Assembly (NCBI GenBank): GCA_003131685.1 | Contig: PKWB01000124.1 | Span: 1 to 39,066 of the forward strand | DNA length: 39,066 bases | Reading direction: 5' to 3' | Source: Candidatus Dormiibacterota bacterium | GTDB taxonomy: Bacteria; Chloroflexota; Dormibacteria; Aeolococcales; Aeolococcaceae | Shown here: positions 33,443-39,066 of the stretch, in pieces | Position numbering within the stretch: position 1 is the first letter of the stretch | How the letters are laid out: each line of letters opens with the position of its first letter | Notes under the pieces: generated by a model | Told to the model about the DNA's origin: nothing | The model's input: only the letters and a program-made list of their open reading frames with translations | Database searches by the model: none | Made by a program: the position numbers and the translations under genes

Positions 33443-34333
33443 TCACACCCCCGTTGGAGAAACTTCGCCACCAGCCCGAGACCCGTCCGCGACGCGCATT
33501 CGACGAGCCTCGCGCTGTCCAAGCAGCCCGCGGACGTGGGGCTCGCCGGTGTGCATGCCGTTCGCGACCGCACCCAGCAGGATGAACTCGGCGAGAAAGT
33601 ACAGCCAGCTCGCCAGCAGGAACACGAGCGCGAAGATCGCCCCGTACGTCGATGCGCCCCTGGAGAAGTGCGTCAGCACCGGCCACAGGAGGGTGAGCAG
33701 CTCCATCGCCGTCCCTGCAATCAGGACGCCCGGCCAGAGCTCGCGGACCGTGTAGGTGCGATTGGGGACGAGGCGATAGATCGCGAGCATGAACAGACAC
33801 CAGACGACCAGTCCGGCCACGGGCTCGAAGCCCCAGATGACGCCCGGCAGTGCGATCAGCGAGTTGATCCCGATGGTTGCCACCAGGGCGACGATGAAGA
33901 GGACGGTCATCACCAGCGCCATCGCCCGCTGCCGGATGAAGCTGCGCTGACGCGTCCCGAGCACCACCCCAAGCGCGAACTCCATGCCGGTGAAGAGGCT
34001 GCTGCCGCTCCAGAGCAGGCCGACGATACTCGTGGCGCCGAGCGCGCCCGTGTTCTTCTGAACGTCAGTGAAGAGCGTCCGCAACTCCCCGTGTGCGTCG
34101 GCTGGGAAGAACGTGACGACGGCGTTCAGCGCGCTCTGGGTGGCGCTGGGGGAGCGCGTCGCGAGTCCGAGGATGGCGAGTAGCCCGAGGATCAGCGGAA
34201 ACATGCTGACGAACGCGTTGAACGCCATCCCCGATGCGTAGTTGCCGGCATGGCTCGAGCCGAATGCGGCGACGAGCCGGCCTGGGTACGTGTGACCGAC
34301 CATGGTCACGATCGATGTGACGCGCGTCTTCAC
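33443..34333 (-). CDS. YihY/BrkB family membrane protein
   Basis: ORF 33443..34333(-), 296 aa. Reads AGNYASGMAFNAFVSMFPLILGLLAILG, followed by 5-6 TM segments. GTG 34333 or ATG 34303 are possible starts. Confidence 0.8.
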   Translation of the reverse strand: MKTRVTSIVTMVGHTYPGRLVAAFGSSHAGNYASGMAFNAFVSMFPLILGLLAILGLATRSPSATQSALNAVVTFFPADAHGELRTLFTDVQKNTGALGATSIVGLLWSGSSLFTGMEFALGVVLGTRQRSFIRQRAMALVMTVLFIVALVATIGINSLIALPGVIWGFEPVAGLVVWCLFMLAIYRLVPNRTYTVRELWPGVLIAGTAMELLTLLWPVLTHFSRGASTYGAIFALVFLLASWLYFLAEFILLGAVANGMHTGEPHVRGLLGQREARRMRVADGSRAGGEVSPTGV

Positions 34334-34375
34334 GCCGTCAGCCTGACATCGCGGGGCGGGGTGCGACCGCGGTCC

Positions 34376-35968
34376 CTACTCAGGTGTGGTCGTGCTTGCC
34401 GCCTCAGCGGCATATCGAGGGAGATGCACGTCGTCCGAGCCGGCGAAACGCATCGATCCGGCGACGAGGTGGTGGCCGGCGACCTCGTCGATGAGCCGGA
34501 GCATCTCCTGGCAGATCTGCCGGTAGCTCGGATGTCCCTGCGGTGACGTGCGCAGCTCGATGAGGTGCATGGCCTCGCGGGCGTTGAGCTTGATCACGTA
34601 GCGCATCCGATGCCCGAGGGTCACCAGGTATCCCGCCTGCTCCGGAAAGGCGTCGACGATCTCGCGGTACGCCGCCTCCGCCTCGCGGACGGCGACGTGC
34701 CATCGCTCACCCAGCCCCGCGTCGACGACGGCATCGGGCACCTCGTAGCCGAGTGAGGGAGTCAGCTCCTGCCACTGGAGGGTGAGCATGCGGTGACGTT
34801 GCAGGTCGCGGAACGCGCCGTAGTCCGAGACGACCTCGAAGGTGTAGTCGCAGTGCTCGAAGCCACGGCCGGGGCGGTGGCGCCGGTTGCCTCGATGCCC
34901 CACCGCGGCGGTGAACAGCGCCGCTCGGCCCAGGTCGGAGAGCGGTCGCACCGCAGCCAGCAGCCGCTCCTGCGACGCGTGCGAGTACGGGAAGAGCGCC
35001 GACGCGAGGATGCGGTCCTCGCCATCGCCGTCCCAATCCACGAGGGTCACGCCGGGTGGTCCCCATTCGGTTTCGGGAGCGAGGTGGTAGGCGTCGCGCG
35101 TGAGTGCGGCCGCCGTCTCGCGCAGATAGTCGACCCAGACACCGCCGCGATCGGTGCGGTCGAGCCGGGTGAGGAACTCGGGAATCAGCTTCTGCAGCTC
35201 GGCATTGACCAGCTCGGCGTAGGCCCGCGCCTCCGGGAGGGGATGCGCACGAAGACGGAGCACGAGTTGCTCGTAGGCCTGCGGCGAGGCGAACATGCCG
35301 ACGTTGCTCACCGTTCCGGCGGGGAGCAGCCCGCGCATCAGGTCGAGCGCGAGCGCCCGGATGGCTCGCTTGCGCGCCTTCTCGTCGGGCTCCGGCGGCA
35401 GGGTCTCGTCAAGATGCCTCGCGAGCGGCTCGCGCAGCTCCGAGTAGGTGTCGAACAGCGCGTCCATCGCGCGGACGTAGGTGGCTCCGAGTGGCGACGC
35501 GAGCAGCTCACGGTCACGGAGGTAGCGGTAGTGGCCGTCGCGGCGGTCGGTGTAGGCGATGTAGCGCGTCGACTGTTCCAGGTAGGCGGCGAGCCGTCCC
35601 CATTCGATCGCCTTGGCGAGTGGCTGCGACACCTGCTCGCAGGCGAGATGCACCCCGGCCAGCTGGGCCACCGAGTCGTCTCCGTACTCCGCGAGCACGC
35701 GACCGAACAGGTCGGAGGCACGCGCGCGACCGGCGTCCACCGGGATCGCCTGGTCTGGGGCGCCGCCGGCGAGGAACTCGTCGACGAGCAGGCGGCGAAG
35801 GCTCTTCGAGCTGCGGCTGTAGCGGGCGAACAGGGCCGCCGCGGTCACCTGGGGCAGGTTGGTGAGGGCGAAGACCGGCAGATCCAGGTTGGTCACGTGC
35901 GGCTGGAGCAACGCCCGCTCCTCGGCGGTGAAGGCTTCGACGTAGTAGTCGGCGATCATCGAACGCAA
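34376..35968 (-). CDS. ThyX-like (FAD-dependent thymidylate synthase family) protein, double-length form
   Basis: ORF 34376..35968(-), 530 aa; TTG 35968 or ATG 35959 start. The N-terminal half has LFARYSRSSKSLR. The C-terminal half has YTFEVVSDYGAFRDLQRHRMLTLQWQ, which matches the ThyX RHR motif context. Confidence 0.65.
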   Translation of the reverse strand: MRSMIADYYVEAFTAEERALLQPHVTNLDLPVFALTNLPQVTAAALFARYSRSSKSLRRLLVDEFLAGGAPDQAIPVDAGRARASDLFGRVLAEYGDDSVAQLAGVHLACEQVSQPLAKAIEWGRLAAYLEQSTRYIAYTDRRDGHYRYLRDRELLASPLGATYVRAMDALFDTYSELREPLARHLDETLPPEPDEKARKRAIRALALDLMRGLLPAGTVSNVGMFASPQAYEQLVLRLRAHPLPEARAYAELVNAELQKLIPEFLTRLDRTDRGGVWVDYLRETAAALTRDAYHLAPETEWGPPGVTLVDWDGDGEDRILASALFPYSHASQERLLAAVRPLSDLGRAALFTAAVGHRGNRRHRPGRGFEHCDYTFEVVSDYGAFRDLQRHRMLTLQWQELTPSLGYEVPDAVVDAGLGERWHVAVREAEAAYREIVDAFPEQAGYLVTLGHRMRYVIKLNAREAMHLIELRTSPQGHPSYRQICQEMLRLIDEVAGHHLVAGSMRFAGSDDVHLPRYAAEAASTTTPE

Positions 35969-36038
35969 CTCTACGTATCGACGAGGCTGGCCAGCGCCGG
36001 GTGGGGCGCTGTGCGATCTCGTCTACAATCCGGGCCCA

Positions 36039-37349
36039 ATGGCCGGCGCCGCCGTCCCGACCCCGCGCTTCCTTGCCGACGTCTACGAGGCGGCGAGCGA
36101 GTGCAACAAGTGCTCGCTGTGTCAGGCCACGTGTCCGGCATACGTCGTCAATCCCGTGGAATGGGAGACGGCTCGCGGACGCATCGCCCTGATCCGTGAC
36201 GCCATGGAAGGTCGCCTCGAGCTGCGCGACATCGAGGACGGCCCGCTTTCGAGCTGTCTCACCTGCGACAACTGCGTCGCCGCCTGCGCGCCCCGGGTTC
36301 CGACCGGGCACATCGTGAGCCGGGCGCGTCAGGAGCTGCACGCGCAGGAGGGCTATCCGTGGGCACAGTCCTTCGCGCTGCGCAGTGTCCTGCCACGACC
36401 AGGCGCGCTGCGTGCACTCCACGGTTTCGCCCGTTTCACGCGGCGCATCGGGCTGTACGGACTTGCCCGTCGCACCGGCTTGCTGTCATGGCTGGGCACC
36501 CTCGGTGCGCTCGCCGAACAGGGCGGTCCGCCGCCGGACAGGACCGTCTACCAGATGCTCGGTGATCTTCCCGATCCAGCGCAGCCGGTGCGCGGCACGG
36601 TGGCGATGCTGGTGTGCTGCCTCTCGAATCTCACCGCGCCCGAGGCCACCGACGCAACCATCCGCGTCCTGCTCGCATCGGGCTACGACGTTCATGTCCC
36701 GCAACTGGGGTGCAGCGGTCTGCCCGCGCGCACGCTCGGCGACCGCGACGCCATGGTGGACATGGCGGTCAAGAACAGCGCCGTGTTGAATCGTCTCGAC
36801 GTCGATGCCTACATCGGCGACACCGCGTCGTGCACCGAGCACTACCGCGAATACGGCAGCATCGCCGGAGACGATCGTCAGGTCGGCGAGCGTGCCCGCG
36901 AGGTCGCGCATCACACCGCGCTCGCCAGCGACTTCCTCGATCGCAACGGAGTACGCGGGAACCTCGGTCCGCTGCGCTGGCGCGTGACCATCGACGAACC
37001 GTGCGCACTCCCGATCGACGGCCCCGAGCGCGGTGCGATGCGACGCCTGCTCGAGCAAATCCCGTATCTCGAGATCGTGCCGCTGCACGAGCGGGCAATG
37101 TGCTGCGGCGGGGCGGGCACGTATTTCGCCCGTCAGCCCGAGCGCAGCGAGGCGATCCTGCAGCGCAAGTTCGAGAACATCCGCGCCTCCGGCGCGGAGA
37201 TCGTGGTCACCGAGAACATCTCCTGCCTGCTCCAGCTTCGCGCCGGAGCGGCACGCTACGCGCCCAACGTCAAGGTGATGCACATCATGGAGGTGATGCT
37301 CGCATCGCTCCAGGGCGCCGAGCGCCGTCGCGCCGTGCTCGCCGGCTAA
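36039..37349 (+). CDS. (Fe-S)-binding oxidoreductase subunit, GlcF/HdrD-like (2x[4Fe-4S] plus two CCG domains)
   Basis: ORF 36039..37349(+), 436 aa. Reads CNKCSLCQATCPAY and CLTCDNCVAACAP, with cysteine-rich CCG-type segments MLVCCLSN and AMCCGGAGTYF. Confidence 0.75.
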   Translation: MAGAAVPTPRFLADVYEAASECNKCSLCQATCPAYVVNPVEWETARGRIALIRDAMEGRLELRDIEDGPLSSCLTCDNCVAACAPRVPTGHIVSRARQELHAQEGYPWAQSFALRSVLPRPGALRALHGFARFTRRIGLYGLARRTGLLSWLGTLGALAEQGGPPPDRTVYQMLGDLPDPAQPVRGTVAMLVCCLSNLTAPEATDATIRVLLASGYDVHVPQLGCSGLPARTLGDRDAMVDMAVKNSAVLNRLDVDAYIGDTASCTEHYREYGSIAGDDRQVGERAREVAHHTALASDFLDRNGVRGNLGPLRWRVTIDEPCALPIDGPERGAMRRLLEQIPYLEIVPLHERAMCCGGAGTYFARQPERSEAILQRKFENIRASGAEIVVTENISCLLQLRAGAARYAPNVKVMHIMEVMLASLQGAERRRAVLAG

Positions 37350-38095
37350 CCCAGGGCGGAGAGCGCCTCGTCCACACCCATCGCGATGCAGGTGAACGAC
37401 GGCACGTCGCGCACCGTATGCGTCGACGCCTCGCTGGCACGCATCTCGTGCACGAGGTCGAGAAAGTCCGCCACCGAGTCACTCTCGAACGCGACCACGA
37501 AATCCTGGTCGTCGAGGCCGAATGAATAGGTGGTGTTGATCTTCACGCCCGGGTACTTGTGGCCCATGGCGATGTGCTCGCTCATCTGCCGTTGCCGTTC
37601 CTCGGCGCTGAGCCGGTACCACGCGCGAGTCTTCACGAACGGATACACGAACAGGTAGCGACGGCCGGTGGGAGCGATCACCAGCCGGTTGCTCCTCCCC
37701 TCCTGGTTCTCGTGGCGGTGCTTCTCGACGTACATGCTCTGCTTGGTCATCGAGAAGTAGCTGTACGGCGACACGAGGTACGCGGCCAGCCGGGTACGGT
37801 TGAGGCGGGCTGAGAACTCGTGGAGGTCGTCGACGCGCTCACTGACCAGCCAGAGCATGAAGTCGGCATCGCCGCGAGTCCCCACCGTGCTGTACGACCG
37901 GATGAGCACGCCTTCGCGGTCACCGATCTCGCGAACCAGCGCGGCCACCTCCTCGCGATCGGCCGCGCGCTCGGTCGCGGGACGCAGGCGCCACTCGGGC
38001 TGGACGCGGTAGAAGGCGAACCGGATGTGCTGGCGCGCCGTGGGGACCGGCGCCGTCGCATCACGGACGGTCAGTGGCGCGGTCACCTCAGACAT
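37346..38095 (-). CDS. hemQ: Chlorite dismutase family protein: coproheme decarboxylase HemQ/ChdC-like
   Basis: ORF 37346..38095(-), 249 aa. Reads FVYPFVKTRAWYRLSAEERQRQMSEHIAMGHKYPGVKINTTYSFGLDDQDFVVAFESDSVADFLDLVHEMRASEAS. Its stop overlaps the convergent Fe-S gene stop (CTAA, 37346-37349). Confidence 0.8.
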   Translation of the reverse strand: MSEVTAPLTVRDATAPVPTARQHIRFAFYRVQPEWRLRPATERAADREEVAALVREIGDREGVLIRSYSTVGTRGDADFMLWLVSERVDDLHEFSARLNRTRLAAYLVSPYSYFSMTKQSMYVEKHRHENQEGRSNRLVIAPTGRRYLFVYPFVKTRAWYRLSAEERQRQMSEHIAMGHKYPGVKINTTYSFGLDDQDFVVAFESDSVADFLDLVHEMRASEASTHTVRDVPSFTCIAMGVDEALSALG

Positions 38096-38122
38096 GGTCC
38101 AGGCATCGTACCCGAGGTTCCA

Positions 38123-38671
38123 TCACTCCCCGCCGCGCACAGCCTCGGCCAGGGCACGCTTGCGCAGCAGGCGCTGCTCGCGGCGGACGCGGGCCTCAGC
38201 CTGGCGCTGACGCTCTTCCTCCGTGACCGCGATGACCTTGGCGACCTCGGCCGGTCTGCCCTCGCGGTCGAGGCCGACGTAGACGAGGTGCGCGCTCGCC
38301 AGGTGGAGCCTGTCTCCCGATGGGATTCGCTCGACATCGACGCGAACGCTGATCTCCATCGATGTGCGGTGTGCGTCATTGACCCGTGCACGCACGGTGA
38401 GCAGGTCGCCGATGTACACCGGTGCGAGAAAGCTCATCTCATCCATGGTCGCGGTCACCACCCGTCGCCGCGCGTGCTTGACGGCCGCGATCCCCGCCGC
38501 GGTGTCGACCAGCCGCATGATCGTCCCGCCGTGCACGTATCCCGAGTTGTTGGCGTGCTCGATCTCCATCGCGACCGACAGCAACGTCTCGGAGTCGGAG
38601 GACGGACGCGGGGTGAGATCCACATTGCTGTAGAGGTGGTTGCGATCCTCGCGTGAGCGAATGAAGTCCAT
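38123..38671 (-). CDS. Acyl-CoA thioesterase (hotdog fold, YciA/BFIT-like)
   Basis: ORF 38123..38671(-), 182 aa. Reads HANNSGYVHGGTIMRLVDTAAGIAAVKHARRRVVTATMDEMSFLAPVYIGDLL. Its ATG overlaps the upstream stop by 1 nt (TGATG). Confidence 0.8.
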   Translation of the reverse strand: MDFIRSREDRNHLYSNVDLTPRPSSDSETLLSVAMEIEHANNSGYVHGGTIMRLVDTAAGIAAVKHARRRVVTATMDEMSFLAPVYIGDLLTVRARVNDAHRTSMEISVRVDVERIPSGDRLHLASAHLVYVGLDREGRPAEVAKVIAVTEEERQRQAEARVRREQRLLRKRALAEAVRGGE

Positions 38672-39066
38672 CAGCCGAGGACATCCAGGCTGGCGCGGAC
38701 CAGGGTCTCAACGCCCACCGGCAGGGCTGCCTCGTCGATATCGAAGTAGGCGCTGTGGTGCGGGGGCACCGGGCCCCGTTCCGGATGGCCGGCGCCGACC
38801 AGGAAGTAGCATCCCGGCGCGCGCTCCAGGAAGCAGGCGATGTCGTCGCCGACAGTGATGGGCACCGCGATGTCCACGTGGTCCTCACCGACGGTCGCCG
38901 CGGCGGCACGTTGCACCAGGTCGGCAGTCGCCGCATCGGACACGACCGGCGGGCAGCCGCTGCCCCGCCAGCGTCGCGGTGCAGTCCTGATCCGGGTACA
39001 GCACCACCTGCGACCGCCGCTCCGCATCCTTCCTGCGCTCCTCCGCCCCCGCCGGATCCGCCGCGA
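38671..39066 (-). CDS. M20 family amidohydrolase/aminoacylase, C-terminal part; apparently frame-disrupted near 38960-39000; continues off the right edge
   Basis: ORF 38671..39027(-). The tail PPVVSDAATADLVQRAAAATVGEDHV...GDDIACFLERAPGCYFLVGAG...HHSAYFDIDEAALPVGVE fits the M20 C-terminus. Upstream of about 38960 the coding-like frame (high GC3, ...QVVLYPDQDCTATLAGQR...) is a different minus-strand frame. Confidence 0.6.
   Translation of the reverse strand, partial: SRRIRRGRRSAGRMRSGGRRWCCTRIRTAPRRWRGSGCPPVVSDAATADLVQRAAAATVGEDHVDIAVPITVGDDIACFLERAPGCYFLVGAGHPERGPVPPHHSAYFDIDEAALPVGVETLVRASLDVLG

Noticed and set aside
34793-36199. 468-aa plus-strand ORF. Similar cases: 17914..19173(-), 22826..23872(+), 30291..31445(+), 33038..34183(+), 6411..7121(-), 20656..21471(+), 31643..32986(+), 35514..36422(-)
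   Set aside because: All are antisense or out-of-frame shadows of genes with clear family signatures. They have low-complexity Arg/Gly/Pro/His-rich translations and no motifs.

Overview
G+C-rich, gene-dense chromosomal segment with about 40 protein genes on both strands. I recognised no rRNA, tRNA, CRISPR array, transposase or integrase. All calls come from reading the six-frame translations and the DNA by eye; no searches were run, and the ORF track renders GTG/TTG starts as M. Gene content (luciferase-like F420-type oxidoreductases, HemQ/ChdC, ThyX, TatA, ErpA, MarR/MerR/Crp regulators) fits an actinobacterium or a related high-GC Gram-positive. Most of the window is ordinary metabolism and transport. 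Four regions stand out. (1) 22.4-28.4 kb: a tightly coupled minus-strand operon encodes a clear SQD1/SqdB-type UDP-sulfoquinovose synthase, a DPM1/GtrB-like GT2 and two GT-C (ArnT/PMT-like) membrane glycosyltransferases. It sits divergent from a flippase-like (LPG-synthase-TM type) membrane protein and abuts a UDP-sugar epimerase-like gene. No lipid SQDG synthase (GT4/GT8) is visible, so I propose a lipid-carrier-dependent, extracytoplasmic sulfoquinovosylation pathway. (2) 4.3-9.0 kb: four ligand-sensor proteins cluster together (Crp/Fnr regulator, GAF protein, stand-alone cNMP-binding protein, MFS-cNMP fusion). The GAF gene is translationally coupled to a minimal signal-less S8 subtilase. 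(3) An AT-rich, repeat-bearing island precedes an orphan AAA/ORC-like ATPase-wHTH gene at 16.6-17.9 kb. (4) Smaller items: a DDTEGH-repeat micro-protein, a CxxC upstream micro-ORF, a MerR operator palindrome with a long structured leader, a tatA gene divergent from a PcsB-like coiled-coil/CHAP hydrolase, a duplicated gene 3' end with nested inverted repeats, and an apparent frameshift in the M20 amidohydrolase gene at the right edge. Many long ORFs in the track are antisense shadows of real genes and were rejected.
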